This document shows positions 1 to 10,091 of a DNA stretch of 64,000 nucleotides, piece by piece. How positions within the stretch are numbered: the stretch's first letter is position 1; the number at the start of each line of letters is the position of its first letter. The stretch lies in NCBI GenBank assembly GCA_964577995.1, contig CAZOBP010000002.1, positions 15,972 to 79,971 of the forward strand, written 5' to 3'. The stretch is from an uncultured Anaerolineales bacterium (GTDB lineage Bacteria; Chloroflexota; Anaerolineae; UBA7937; B3-Chlor). The notes beneath the pieces are model-generated. The model was not told the origin of the DNA, made no database searches, and was given only the letters and a program-made list of their open reading frames with translations. The translations under genes and the position numbers were made by a program.

Positions 1-1
1 C

Positions 2-466
2 GGTTACGTCTACATCGCTGTGGGCAACGACAGGCAATGGCAGGCTATGACGGAGTTGTCAGGGTTCGAGTCACTTCACAGCGAGGAGCGCAAGACCAAC
101 GCCGGGCGGATAGCAGATGTGGAGCGCTTGAATCAGGAGATCAGTGAGGTAACCAGAACCAGGGGCACGGAGGATCTGATAGAACTGTTCCGCAGCATTA
201 CAGTCCCTATTTCCACCGTGAGTCGCATTGAGGATGTGGTTGAAGATCCGCTGGTCAAGGATAGGTTGATAACAGCCACCGATCCGCGAACAGGCACGGT
301 GGCGTTCCTGCCACCTACACCGGTGATCACCGAGTATCTACGCTCCACAGGTATGCGGATGTCATTCCCTCCACGCCTGGGAGAGCACAACGACGAGATC
401 TATGGGGGTGCGCTGGGCTATGGAGCTCAGAGAGTGCGCGAGTTGAGAGACGCCGGCGTCATCTGA
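2..466 (+). CDS. Family III CoA-transferase (CaiB/BaiF type), C-terminal part; 5' end cut by window edge
   Basis: The frame is open from nt 2 (GYVYIAVGNDRQWQAM...), so the gene starts upstream of the window. The G-N-D-x-Q-W block and overall C-terminal sequence resemble family III CoA-transferases. Confidence 0.6.
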   Translation, partial: GYVYIAVGNDRQWQAMTELSGFESLHSEERKTNAGRIADVERLNQEISEVTRTRGTEDLIELFRSITVPISTVSRIEDVVEDPLVKDRLITATDPRTGTVAFLPPTPVITEYLRSTGMRMSFPPRLGEHNDEIYGGALGYGAQRVRELRDAGVI

Positions 467-494
467 GGAGACTGCACGGAGAGGAGCGGATGTT

Positions 495-1607
495 GTGGTG
501 GAAGGGCTGACCCTTGACCCGAACCTGTTGCGCGTTCCCATTCGCAAGGTGGGGAAGCCGACGGAGGAACTGCGCCTAGATTACGGCCTGGAGACGATCA
601 TCGGTCTCTCGGCAAATGAGAACCCTCTAGGTCCGTCGTCCTTGGCTGTGGAAGCGATGAGGGAGGCGTTGCCCTTTTCCAATCGATATCCCGGAGTGTG
701 CGAGACAGAGATTCGCGCGAAGATCGCCAGACTCATGGGATCGGGGTTCGACGAGGAGAACGTCGTCGTGGCCAACGGCTCCTCCGATCTCCTGCGGTTG
801 GTGTGCCAGGCGTTCTTGTCCGGAGGCGGCGAAAGCGTCGTCTGCGCCGCCACCTTCCCCCTCTACCGACTCTTCACCGAGATGTACGGCGGTGAAGCGG
901 TGCTTGTGGACGCCAAGAACTACGCCTACGACCTCCCTTCAATGGTCGAGGAGATCGGCGATCAGACGCGACTGTTCTTTGTCTGCAACCCCAACAACCC
1001 CACTGGGACGGTACTCACCCAGCGGCAGGTCGATGACTTGATGAAGCAGGTTCCCGACCGGGTGGTGGTGCTGTTCGACGAAGCGTACCGCGAGTACGTG
1101 GAGGACGATGAATACGCCGATGTAAGAGAGTACATCGAGGAGGGACGCAACGTTCTCCTCGTTCGTACCTTCTCGAAGATCTATGGTTTGGCTGGACTCC
1201 GCGTAGGGTATGGCGTGGGCAAGAAGGAGCTGGTCCAGTACTTGCGGCGCGCCCTTTCGGCCTTCCACGTGGCTGCGCTGAATCTCATTGGAGCCGCCGC
1301 GAGCCTGGACGACGAAGAGCACATTCTGAGGAGTAGAGAGCACAACTCCAGGGAGAAGCAGTTCCTCTACAAGCACTTCGACAGACTGGGCCTTCGCTAC
1401 GTTCCTTCACAATGCAACTTCGTATTGCTCGTGGAACTGGGACGCGATGTGCAAGGCCTGTGGGAGGCTCTCGTTCGTCGCGGCGTGGTCGTGACTCCGG
1501 CCCAAGGGTTTGGAGTCCCCGACGCCCTTCGTATCAGCGTGGGCACCCGGGAGGAGGACGAACGACTCGTGGAGGCTCTAGGACAAGCGCTGCACGAAGT
1601 GCCTTGA
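495..1607 (+). CDS. hisC: Histidinol-phosphate aminotransferase (class II aminotransferase)
   Basis: 370-aa ORF with LSANENPLGP, NPNNPTG and the PLP-lysine motif RTFSKIYGLAGLRVGY. Confidence 0.85.
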   Translation: MVEGLTLDPNLLRVPIRKVGKPTEELRLDYGLETIIGLSANENPLGPSSLAVEAMREALPFSNRYPGVCETEIRAKIARLMGSGFDEENVVVANGSSDLLRLVCQAFLSGGGESVVCAATFPLYRLFTEMYGGEAVLVDAKNYAYDLPSMVEEIGDQTRLFFVCNPNNPTGTVLTQRQVDDLMKQVPDRVVVLFDEAYREYVEDDEYADVREYIEEGRNVLLVRTFSKIYGLAGLRVGYGVGKKELVQYLRRALSAFHVAALNLIGAAASLDDEEHILRSREHNSREKQFLYKHFDRLGLRYVPSQCNFVLLVELGRDVQGLWEALVRRGVVVTPAQGFGVPDALRISVGTREEDERLVEALGQALHEVP

Positions 1608-1653
1608 GCGTGAGCGGGCGCGGTGAGCGTGCACCGGCCAGGAGCGGGAAACT

Positions 1654-2793
1654 GTGGATCTCTCTTTCAGCGAAGAGCAGGAGCTCCTGAGGCGCAGCGT
1701 AGCAGACTTCGTGGATAGGGAGGTCGTGCCGGCTGCCGCCCGGATCGACGAGGAAGGGCAATTCCCGTGGCCGCTGTTCCAGAAGACGGCTGAACTGGGC
1801 TACCTGGGCCTGCGCTATCCCGAGGAGTACGGCGGCTCCGGCGGCGACAATGTCATGTTCACGCTGATGTGCGAAGAGTTAGCCCGGGGATCGATGAGCC
1901 TGGCCGCCTGCGTGTCTATGCAGTGCCTGATGGGAACCGACTTCATCCACCGCTTCGGGACAGAGGGGCAGAGACAGCGGCTGCTAGTGCCCGCCATTAG
2001 AGGTGAGAAGATGGGTGTCATCGCCATGACGGAACCTGACGCCGGGTCCGATCTGGGAGCCATCCAGACCACTGCCCTGTGCGACGGTGACCACTACGTG
2101 CTCAACGGACGAAAGATCTGGGTCACCAACGCTAGGCTGGCCGATTTCTTCACCGTCGCGGCCAAGACGGATCCCCAAGAGGGGTTCAGGGGCATAGACA
2201 TGTTCCTTGTAGAGAGGGGCACTCCAGGGCTCAGCATCGGTGGGGACATCGCCAAGATGGGAGTCTTGGGCCAGAGTGCGGCTGAGATAATCTTGGAGGA
2301 CTGTCGCCTCCCAGCCTAGAACCTGCTTGGAGAGCGAGGGACAGGCTTTCGCAACCTTCGAGGGATCCTGGCGGAGATACGCATCATGATGGGTGCCCTC
2401 AGCCTTGGTCTGGGGCAAGCTGCGCTAGAGGCGGGCGTCAGATATGCTCAGGAGAGAGTGCAGTTCGGGCGCCCCATCGTCGGGTTTCAGGCCATCTCTC
2501 ACCGGCTGGTGGACATGGCTACCCAGTTGGAGGCGGCGCGGCTGATGGTCTACCGAGCGGCGTCACTTCTCGACAGCGGAGAGCGCGACATGAAGCTGGC
2601 GTCCATGGCCAAGCTCTTCACGTCGGAGATGGCCAACCAGGTGGCTGATGGTACTTCACGCATCTTCGCCAGCTATGGTTTCGCAACGGAGTACCCGGCA
2701 CAGCGCTACTTCCGGGATGCACGCTTCCTGCTACTTGGAGGAGGAACGTCGGAGATTCTGCGAGGCATCATCGCCCACGAGATGGGTTTGTGA
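1654..2793 (+). pseudogene. Acyl-CoA dehydrogenase interrupted by one in-frame TAG (2317-2319)
   Basis: ORFs 1654..2319 and 2386..2793 share a frame. The 66 nt between them also read as ACAD sequence. The whole 380-codon frame aligns with the intact paralog at 2846..3991 (MTEPDAGSD, QFGRPI, GGGTSEI). Confidence 0.75.
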
Positions 2794-2845
2794 CAGTATC
2801 CACGAAGCCTGAAGGAGCACGGGCTCGTAGGGGAGCGGAGGAAGG

Positions 2846-3991
2846 ATGGATTTCAATTTCACCCCCGAACAGGATCTTTTCCGTCAGAGTGTGCGGGAGT
2901 TCGCCGACAGACACGTGAGGCCTCGCATTAAGGAGATGGAGGAGAAGGAGGACGTTCCGCAAGACCTGATGCGCCAGATGGCCGAGCAAGGTTTCTACGG
3001 CATCCGCTACGCAGAGGAGTGGGGTGGTCAGGGCGGGGACAATGTGATGTTTGCCATCTTCAACGAAGAGATGGCTCGCTGCTATATGAGTGCGGCAGCC
3101 AGAGCGATGATGCAATGTCTGATGGGCACCGAATTCATCAACCTCTATGGAACGGAGGAGCAGAAAAACAACTTCCTGGTCCCGGCCATCCAGGGGGAGA
3201 TGTACGGCACCTTGGCCATCACTGAGCCGGCTGGCGGGACGGACCTCGGTGCTATGCAGACCACTGCGGTGCGGGATGGAGACGAGTACGTCATCAATGG
3301 TCATAAGAGCTGGATTACCGCCGCACATGTCGTCGACTTTCTCACGATAGCCGCCAAGACCGACCCTGAGGCAGGGTTCAGGGGTGTGGACATGTTTCTA
3401 TTGGAGAGGGACAGGCCAGGTGTGGTAATCGGGGACAAGATAGACAAGCTGATCGCCCGTGCTTCCGGGTGTTATGAGGTCTTTTTCAACGATGTCCGTA
3501 TCCCAGCGGATCGCCTGTTTGGTGGAGAGGAGGGCAAAGGGTTCGCGCTTCTCCGTGCCATCCTGAATGACATTCGCGTACATACGGCCGCTCTCGGGTT
3601 GGGGATAGCCCGGGCCGCGTACGAGGAGTCGCTGGAGTACGCCAAGCAACGCGTGGCCTATGGTCGCCCTATCATCAAGTGGCAAGCCATTCAGCACAAG
3701 CTAGCGAAGATGAGGGTGGACATCGACGCGGCCAAGCTGATGATCTACTACGCTGCTTGGCGTATGGATCAAGGTCTACCGGTGAACATTGAGGCCGCGA
3801 CCTGCAAGTACTTCATCACCGAGGCGGTGCTGAGGATCGTCGATGATGCCTCGCGCATCTTTGGCGGCTATGGGGCTTCCATGGACATGAACATTCAGAG
3901 GTATCTCCGGGATGCCCGCTGGCTCCTCTACGGCGGTGGCACTCAGACTATGATCCTCAACATCATTGCGGCTGAGATAGGTAGAGAGTAG
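2846..3991 (+). CDS. Acyl-CoA dehydrogenase
   Basis: 381-aa ORF preceded by GGAGGAAGG, with ITEPAGGTDLGA, YGRPIIKWQAIQHKLA and LYGGGTQTM. Confidence 0.9.
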   Translation: MDFNFTPEQDLFRQSVREFADRHVRPRIKEMEEKEDVPQDLMRQMAEQGFYGIRYAEEWGGQGGDNVMFAIFNEEMARCYMSAAARAMMQCLMGTEFINLYGTEEQKNNFLVPAIQGEMYGTLAITEPAGGTDLGAMQTTAVRDGDEYVINGHKSWITAAHVVDFLTIAAKTDPEAGFRGVDMFLLERDRPGVVIGDKIDKLIARASGCYEVFFNDVRIPADRLFGGEEGKGFALLRAILNDIRVHTAALGLGIARAAYEESLEYAKQRVAYGRPIIKWQAIQHKLAKMRVDIDAAKLMIYYAAWRMDQGLPVNIEAATCKYFITEAVLRIVDDASRIFGGYGASMDMNIQRYLRDARWLLYGGGTQTMILNIIAAEIGRE

Positions 3992-4004
3992 GGAGGGATT
4001 GGCG

Positions 4005-4991
4005 ATGCAGTTGCCTGGCTTCCAGCATCTACAACCCGGGTCCTTGAGCGAGGCCCTGGAGCTTCTTGCCGAACACGGGGAAGAGGCCAGGATCATTGCT
4101 GGCGGAACCGAACTGCTGGTGTCCATGAAGCAGGGACTCCTGGCTCCGGCGTATGTGATCGATCTCAAAGCGATCCCTGAACTGGACTTCATCGACGACG
4201 ATGATGGCGGGCTGCGCATCGGGGCCCTCACCAGGCTAGTTACGATCATCAATTCCAGCCTGATCTGTGAGAGGTCTCCTGTTCTCGCGCAGGCCTCCTC
4301 CATGGTTGCCGCTCCCCCGCTTCAGAACATGGGAACGCTCGGCGGAAACCTGTGTCTGAATACGCGGTGCTTCTACTTCAATCAATCACGATCCTGGAGG
4401 CAGACTCGAGGATCCTGCTACAAGACTGGCGGCGACACGTGCCACGTGGTCAAGGGCGGCAACCGGTGTTTCGCCACCTACCAGGGCGACGTGGCGCCTG
4501 CTCTGATGGCTCTGGACGCCAAAGTGAGGATTGCCAGCAAGGGCAGTGAGCGGACCGTCCCGCTCGCAGATCTCTACACAGGGAAGGGGAAACGACCTCT
4601 AGCCCTGGAACCAGGGGAGGTGCTGGTCGAGGTGCAGGTGCCGCCCTCTCCCTCCAAGACGGGGGGAGACTACCAGAAGTTGCGCTACAGAGGCTCGATG
4701 GACTTTCCGCTCGTCGGCGTGGCGGCAGTAGTGAGCAGGGATGACTCCGGTGTCTGCACGGGCGGGAAGGTTGTGCTCACGGCAGTGAGCAGAGGCCCGC
4801 TGGAGGTTGGGGAAGCCGGCCAGATGCTTGAGGGCCGCGAGGTCACAGACCAGGTAGCAGCTCAGGTCGCCGATGCTGCGTTCGAGGCGGCACGTCCCGT
4901 CGACAACGTCGGCAGCGACGCTTCGTATCGAAGAAAGATGGTCAGAGTGCTCACCCAGAGGGCTATTCTGAATGCATGGGGGAGGGAGTGA
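4005..4991 (+). CDS. Molybdenum hydroxylase FAD-binding medium subunit with Cys-rich [4Fe-4S]-type insertion (HcrB-like)
   Basis: CoxM/XdhB-type N-terminus (IIAGGTELLV). A C-x15-C-x7-C-x8-C insert lies at nt 4368-4469. ATG 4005 follows GGGAGGGA; TTG 3999 is an alternative start. Confidence 0.8.
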   Translation: MQLPGFQHLQPGSLSEALELLAEHGEEARIIAGGTELLVSMKQGLLAPAYVIDLKAIPELDFIDDDDGGLRIGALTRLVTIINSSLICERSPVLAQASSMVAAPPLQNMGTLGGNLCLNTRCFYFNQSRSWRQTRGSCYKTGGDTCHVVKGGNRCFATYQGDVAPALMALDAKVRIASKGSERTVPLADLYTGKGKRPLALEPGEVLVEVQVPPSPSKTGGDYQKLRYRGSMDFPLVGVAAVVSRDDSGVCTGGKVVLTAVSRGPLEVGEAGQMLEGREVTDQVAAQVADAAFEAARPVDNVGSDASYRRKMVRVLTQRAILNAWGRE

Positions 4992-4995
4992 GGCG

Positions 4996-5463
4996 ATGGA
5001 GAAGCGACTTATCCAATTGAGGGTCAATGGAGAGGAATATGATGTCGCCGTCACGCCCAACGAAACCCTGGTCGAAGTCCTGCGGGAGAGGCTGGAACTG
5101 ACAGGGACCAAGGCCGGATGTGGCGAGGGGGCCTGTGGGACCTGTACCATACTGCTGGATGGAAAACCGGTACGCTCCTGCCTGACTCTGGCGATTGAAG
5201 TCCAGGGCAAGGAGATAGTGACCATCGAAGGGCTGGCCAAGGGGATGGAACTCCATCCCGTGCAGAAGGCCTTCATCGAACATGGGGCCATTCAATGTGG
5301 CTTTTGTAGCCCGGCCATGATCCTGACCAGCAAGGCTCTCTTGGACGAGAACCCTCACCCGACCGAGGAAGAGGTCAGGCGTGCCATCTCTGGGGTCGTG
5401 TGTCGCTGCACCGGCTATGCCAAGATCGTCGAAGCGGTTCTGGCAGCGGCGGATAGTCTGTAA
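4996..5463 (+). CDS. Molybdenum hydroxylase [2Fe-2S] small subunit (CoxS/HcrC-like)
   Basis: 155 aa with CGEGACGTCT (plant-type 2Fe-2S), CGFCSPAM and CRCTGY (second 2Fe-2S). Confidence 0.9.
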   Translation: MEKRLIQLRVNGEEYDVAVTPNETLVEVLRERLELTGTKAGCGEGACGTCTILLDGKPVRSCLTLAIEVQGKEIVTIEGLAKGMELHPVQKAFIEHGAIQCGFCSPAMILTSKALLDENPHPTEEEVRRAISGVVCRCTGYAKIVEAVLAAADSL

Positions 5464-5479
5464 GGGGAGGAGATGCACA

Positions 5480-7759
5480 ATGGCGGAACACGAACTGGTG
5501 GGCCAGAGTGTGGTCAGGATCGATTCACTGGCCAAGGCCACGGGGCAGGCCCGCTACACAGCCGACCTGACTCTACCTCGAATGCTTCACGCAAAGGTGC
5601 TGAGGAGTCCCCACGCCCACGCCAGGATTCTGAACATCGACACCAGCAAAGCGGAGAAGCTCCGCGGTGTGGAGGCAGTGGTCACGGGAAAGGACGCCGC
5701 CGGCGTAAAGTGGGGGGTATTCCGCTACACGCGCGATCATGAACTGCTGCCCGCCGGGAAGGTCCGGTACATCGGCGAGGACGTGGCCGCAGTGGCGGCG
5801 GTGGACGAAGAGACCGCCATGGAGGCGCTGGAGTTGATCGCGGTGGAATACGAAGTCCTGCCTGCCGTGTTCGATCCTCTGGAGGCCATGAGGGAAGGTG
5901 CCCCTCAGATACACGATCACGCCGAGAACAACATCAACATCCACGTCCCCATCGAGGTGGGCGATGTGGACAGGGCGTTCGAGGAAGCGTACTACGTTAG
6001 AGAGGATCGGTTCGTCGACAGTGAGTACACGTATTGTCAGGCCGAACCCTATGCGGTACTGGTCAACTACGACAGTGCGGGCAATCTGGAGATCTGGACA
6101 CCCAACGCTTCTCCTCACACCAAGGCCAAGGCACTGTCCAATCTGTTGGAGATGCCTCTCGTCAAGGTCAAAGTCCGAAGGGTGAGCACAGGCGGGGCCT
6201 TCGGCGGTCGGTCAGACATCTTCCCCGGTGAGTTCATCGCTGCACTTCTGGCCATCAAGGCTGGCAGGCCGGTCAAGATGGTGTACACCAGAGAGGAGAG
6301 CTTCACCAGTGTGAGACAGGTGCACAGCATGGTTGTGGACTTGAAGACCGGCGTGACGAGAGACGGTCGTTTCCTGGCCAATGAGATCAAGGTGGTGATG
6401 GATGGTGGCGCTTACAGCAGCACCGGACCCATCGCCACTTCCGTGCCCTTCTTGGTCTGGGAGGAGACGTATCGTCTGCCGAACTTGCGCTTCAACGGAT
6501 ACCGTATCTACACCAACAAGCCCGTTCGAGGGATGTACCGTTGTCATGGCCGGTCTTTCTTGGGTGGGTTGGGCATGCAGTTGGACATGATGGCCGAGGA
6601 ACTGGGCATCGATCCGCTGGAGATGCGTCTCCGGAATGCACTCAAGACCGGTGAGAAACAGGCTACAGGTTCCAGGAGCATCAGTTGCGGCCTCAGCGAA
6701 GCCCTCGAGGAGGCGGCTGAGAAGTCGGGGTGGAAGGACAAGAGGGGAAAACTGCCCTACGGCAGGGGTATCGGCATGGGTGCCAATGGCATGATGGTGG
6801 GCTTTCCCATGGGGATACGAGGTGGATCGGCGGCCATTCTCAAGTTCAACGAGGACGGAGGGGCTACTCTCATCTCGGGCGTGGTGGACAATGGCCAGGG
6901 TAATGAGAGTATGGTCGTCCAAATCGCTGCCGACGTGCTGGGCCTGAGGATGGAGGACATCAATCTGGTGTCCGCCGACTCGGAGGTCACACCCCTGGAT
7001 CAGGGAGCCTATTCGCAAGCCGCAACCTTCGTCTCCGGGAATGCAGCCAGGGCCGCGGCTATTGATGCCAGGGAGCAGATCCTGAACATCGCCTCGGATA
7101 TGCTGGATGCCGTGCCCGAGCAGCTAGAGCTGAAAGACGGGCACGTATTCGTCAAGGACAGACCGGAGCGAAACCTCTGGCTGGGCAAGGTCATGCGCAA
7201 AGCCCTCATCGACAACACCCCCGTAGTGGGGCGGGGTTCATACATGCCCAAGGTCGATCAGAGGAGGGAGTGGGTGAGCAACCCCAAGGGACAGCACGCC
7301 GGGACCTTCAGCTACGGAGCGGTGGTAGCGGAGGTGGAGGTGGATACCGAGACCGGCCAGGTTAGAGTGGTCAACGTCACGGGAGCGCACGATTGCGGCT
7401 TCGCCATCAATCCCAGGGCGGTGGAGGGTCAACTGGAGGGCTCCGTGGCGTCAGGAGGGGTGGGTGCCACTCTACTGGAGGAACACCATTGGGACGGCGG
7501 ACAGATGCTCAACGCCAACATGCTGGAGTACAAGGTGCCTCTGTCCGTGGACATGCCGCAGATCACACCCATCATCGTGGAAACCATGGATCCTGAAGGT
7601 CCTTTCGGGGCCAAGGAGGCCGGTCTGTGGGGATCCATGAACATGTTCCAGGCCATCGGCAACGCCGTCTACGACGCCGTGGGCGTGTGGATCAAGGAGT
7701 TCCCCATCACGCCAGACAAGGTGCTCAAGGCCCTGGAGGAGAAGGACAGGGACTCATGA
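5480..7759 (+). CDS. Molybdopterin-binding large subunit of the xanthine dehydrogenase/aldehyde oxidase family (CoxL/HcrA-like)
   Basis: 759 aa from ATG 5480 after AAGGGGAGGAG, with GQARYTAD, GGAFGGR, AHDCGFAINP and PFGAKEAG blocks. Confidence 0.9.
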   Translation: MAEHELVGQSVVRIDSLAKATGQARYTADLTLPRMLHAKVLRSPHAHARILNIDTSKAEKLRGVEAVVTGKDAAGVKWGVFRYTRDHELLPAGKVRYIGEDVAAVAAVDEETAMEALELIAVEYEVLPAVFDPLEAMREGAPQIHDHAENNINIHVPIEVGDVDRAFEEAYYVREDRFVDSEYTYCQAEPYAVLVNYDSAGNLEIWTPNASPHTKAKALSNLLEMPLVKVKVRRVSTGGAFGGRSDIFPGEFIAALLAIKAGRPVKMVYTREESFTSVRQVHSMVVDLKTGVTRDGRFLANEIKVVMDGGAYSSTGPIATSVPFLVWEETYRLPNLRFNGYRIYTNKPVRGMYRCHGRSFLGGLGMQLDMMAEELGIDPLEMRLRNALKTGEKQATGSRSISCGLSEALEEAAEKSGWKDKRGKLPYGRGIGMGANGMMVGFPMGIRGGSAAILKFNEDGGATLISGVVDNGQGNESMVVQIAADVLGLRMEDINLVSADSEVTPLDQGAYSQAATFVSGNAARAAAIDAREQILNIASDMLDAVPEQLELKDGHVFVKDRPERNLWLGKVMRKALIDNTPVVGRGSYMPKVDQRREWVSNPKGQHAGTFSYGAVVAEVEVDTETGQVRVVNVTGAHDCGFAINPRAVEGQLEGSVASGGVGATLLEEHHWDGGQMLNANMLEYKVPLSVDMPQITPIIVETMDPEGPFGAKEAGLWGSMNMFQAIGNAVYDAVGVWIKEFPITPDKVLKALEEKDRDS

Positions 7760-8199
7760 AACTCGAGGCCATAGATCATCTATGTTTCGCGGTCAGAGAT
7801 CTAGATCGGGCCCGCAAGGCGTACGAGGAGGACCTGGGACTGGAGCTTGACGGTCTCTACGTCTCCAGGACTGAGAGGATCCGAGTGGCCCGCTACTACG
7901 TTGGAGAGGTAGCTCTGGAGCTCATAGAGCCAACTTCCCCCGATAGCGAAGTGGCCAGGTTCCTCGACAAGCGGGGTGAGGGCTTCTATCTCATCTCGTA
8001 TCGCGTGGGAAACGTGGACGAGGCACTGTCTGAGTTGAGATCGAAGCACGTCAAGACCATCGATCGAGTCCCACGCCGGTTGAAAGGCAACAGCTACGCC
8101 TTCATTCACTTCCCAAGAGACCTCTCCGGTGTCCTCACGGAGGTACTGGATGGGGAGTTCGACTACGGCGAGGAGGAGAATGAGCAAGAAGCCGATTAG
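7756..8199 (+). CDS. VOC/glyoxalase-family protein, methylmalonyl-CoA epimerase-like
   Basis: ATG 7756 overlaps the upstream stop (ATGA). The N-terminus [17 protein letters not shown] and the ~147-aa size fit epimerase/VOC proteins. Confidence 0.7.
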   Translation: MKLEAIDHLCFAVRDLDRARKAYEEDLGLELDGLYVSRTERIRVARYYVGEVALELIEPTSPDSEVARFLDKRGEGFYLISYRVGNVDEALSELRSKHVKTIDRVPRRLKGNSYAFIHFPRDLSGVLTEVLDGEFDYGEEENEQEAD

Positions 8200-8578
8200 A
8201 GTGCTGGTGGCCAAGCCTGGCCTGGACGGGCACGATCGTGGAGCAAAGGTGGTCGCGCACGCCTTGCGTGATGCGGGAATGGAGGTCATCTATACCGGCT
8301 TGCACCAGACGGTGGAGCAGATAGCGGAGGCGGCTCTGCAAGAGGATGTGGACGTGATTGGCCTCTCCGTACTCTCGGGAGCGCACCTGCCGCTCACCGA
8401 GAAGCTGATGGCGCTCCTCAGAGAGAAGAACCTGGGCGACTTGTTGGTGATCGTGGGCGGGAACGTGCCCCGAAGAGATGTCGAGAAGCTCGAAGCCCTG
8501 GGCGTGGGTGGGGTTTTCCGTACCGGTGCCCGCTTCGAGGACATCGTGAGCTTCATCGAGGGAAGAGTCACCCGGTGA
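8180..8578 (+). CDS. Cobalamin-binding domain protein (methylmalonyl-CoA mutase small/C-terminal subunit type)
   Basis: ATG 8180 follows [28 protein letters not shown] carries the DxHxxG B12-binding signature. Confidence 0.85.
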   Translation: MSKKPIRVLVAKPGLDGHDRGAKVVAHALRDAGMEVIYTGLHQTVEQIAEAALQEDVDVIGLSVLSGAHLPLTEKLMALLREKNLGDLLVIVGGNVPRRDVEKLEALGVGGVFRTGARFEDIVSFIEGRVTR

Positions 8579-9045
8579 CATAGTCACGGCCAGGGTACCG
8601 GGGCTCAACTACCCTACAATCGCCCGCCAGCACCTATCCTCTGTCTGGTCATGGTTTCATCCAGTTTCATCCACCCGAAGCCCGGTCATTTGCCGTTCTG
8701 CTGACCTCGGGTCCCGGCAGCGCGGTTGATGGTCCGCAGGCCAGTGCTAGACCCCGGTTGCGCCTGCATCGAGCAGTCCTCTGACCTGTAGCCGCCACTG
8801 TCACGGCCACCGAGATGGTCGTTTCGCGAAGTCGCCTGCCAGTCGTGCTTGTGCCGCTTCGCTATCTCCTGACCTCTCGTGTCTAGGTCATTCCCCCCGC
8901 TGTCTGGGCTTGCCCGTGGGCAATCACAGGGCCTCTCTGCAATCCTGGGGTGCCAGTGATCAGGCGTGGTGTGCAGGGGTGAGTGGTTTCCGATGTGAGT
9001 GAAGCGGTCAATGATGGTCCGGGGACAGAGCCGGGTCCGGGGAGT

Positions 9046-9744
9046 CTAGGGCGCCTTCTCGAAGCGGTAGCCCACGCCTATCTCGGTCTGGATGTACCTG
9101 GGGTTCTTGGGGTCCTGCTCCAACTTCTGCCGGAGATGCCAGACATAGACCCGCACGTAGTCCAGATCGTCTTGGTACTCCCACCCCCAGACGTTCTGGA
9201 GGATTTGCGTGAAGGTGAGGACCTGACCCGCATTCTGGACGAGGTAGGCCAATAGACGGTACTCGGTGGCCGTGAGCTTCACCTGTTCTCCCCCTACGGT
9301 CACGCGACGCTCCTTGAGATCGATGGTGAGGAAGTCGTCTGCGTAGGTGGTAGGCTCAGCGTACTCAGCGGGGGGCAGGGCAGCTCGACGGAGGACTGCT
9401 CGAGCATGAGCGAGCAGGACCTTGATGCTGAAGGGCTTGGTGAGGTAGTCGTCGGCCCCGTACTCCAGGCCGCGGACGATGTCTTCGTCCTGTCCGCGCG
9501 CGGTGAGCATCACAATGGGGGCATCCGAAACTTCTCGAATGCGCCGGCAGGTCTCCCATCCATCCATGCGGGGCATCATGATATCCAGAATGACCAGGTC
9601 TGGCTTGTGAGCGAAGAACTCCCTCAAAGCCTCCTTGCCGTCGCAGGCCGTGAGAACCTCGTAACCTTCCCGGGCAAAGGTGTATTCGATCAGAGGGAGC
9701 AGTGCAGGATCGTCGTCGACGACCAGGACTCTCTTTTGTTCCAT
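9046..9744 (-). CDS. OmpR-family response regulator
   Basis: REC domain (VLVVDDDP, LDIMMPRMDG, LTKPF) plus a winged-helix output (TEYRLLAYL, GVGYRF). The likely start is the ATG at 9744. Confidence 0.9.
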   Translation of the reverse strand: MEQKRVLVVDDDPALLPLIEYTFAREGYEVLTACDGKEALREFFAHKPDLVILDIMMPRMDGWETCRRIREVSDAPIVMLTARGQDEDIVRGLEYGADDYLTKPFSIKVLLAHARAVLRRAALPPAEYAEPTTYADDFLTIDLKERRVTVGGEQVKLTATEYRLLAYLVQNAGQVLTFTQILQNVWGWEYQDDLDYVRVYVWHLRQKLEQDPKNPRYIQTEIGVGYRFEKAP

Positions 9745-10091
9745 CCGCTGGGCCGCACCTCGGTGGTACACTCAGTGACTAGTGCTAATCATACTGCAAC
9801 TGGCCCTTGAGGGCAAAGACCACACAGTGAGGTCAGCGTCGTGCTGTGGTTCTTGGCGCGCCGCGTTTGTCCAGAGGTGGTCGCAGATCGTGCCCCTGGG
9901 GCTAGCTGGTGCAAAGCTGAGTCTTGCCCGTGGAACGACCTGTCTCCGGCGTCCTGGTTGGTGCGCGCCACGTGGTTTGCGAGGGAGCAGGACGGCTTGC
10001 GACCCTCCTGCATGACATGGCAAAGTGAGGTGGGAAGGCGAGGGTCGTGGGCGCGGTCGCCAGAGTTCGACAACAGAGTACTTTTTTCCCA

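Noticed and set aside
2317-2319. In-frame TAG as pyrrolysine, or TAG/TAA as reassigned sense codons.
   Set aside because: There are no pyl genes in the window. TAG (for example 29769-71 and 36035-37) and TAA (for example 5461-63) terminate well-supported genes at the expected positions.
8654-8673. Tandem direct repeat GTTTCATCCA x2 in the 467-bp ORF-free spacer after the B12 gene.
   Set aside because: There are only two 10-bp copies, no further periodicity and no flanking inverted repeats. This is insufficient for any repeat-element or CRISPR call.
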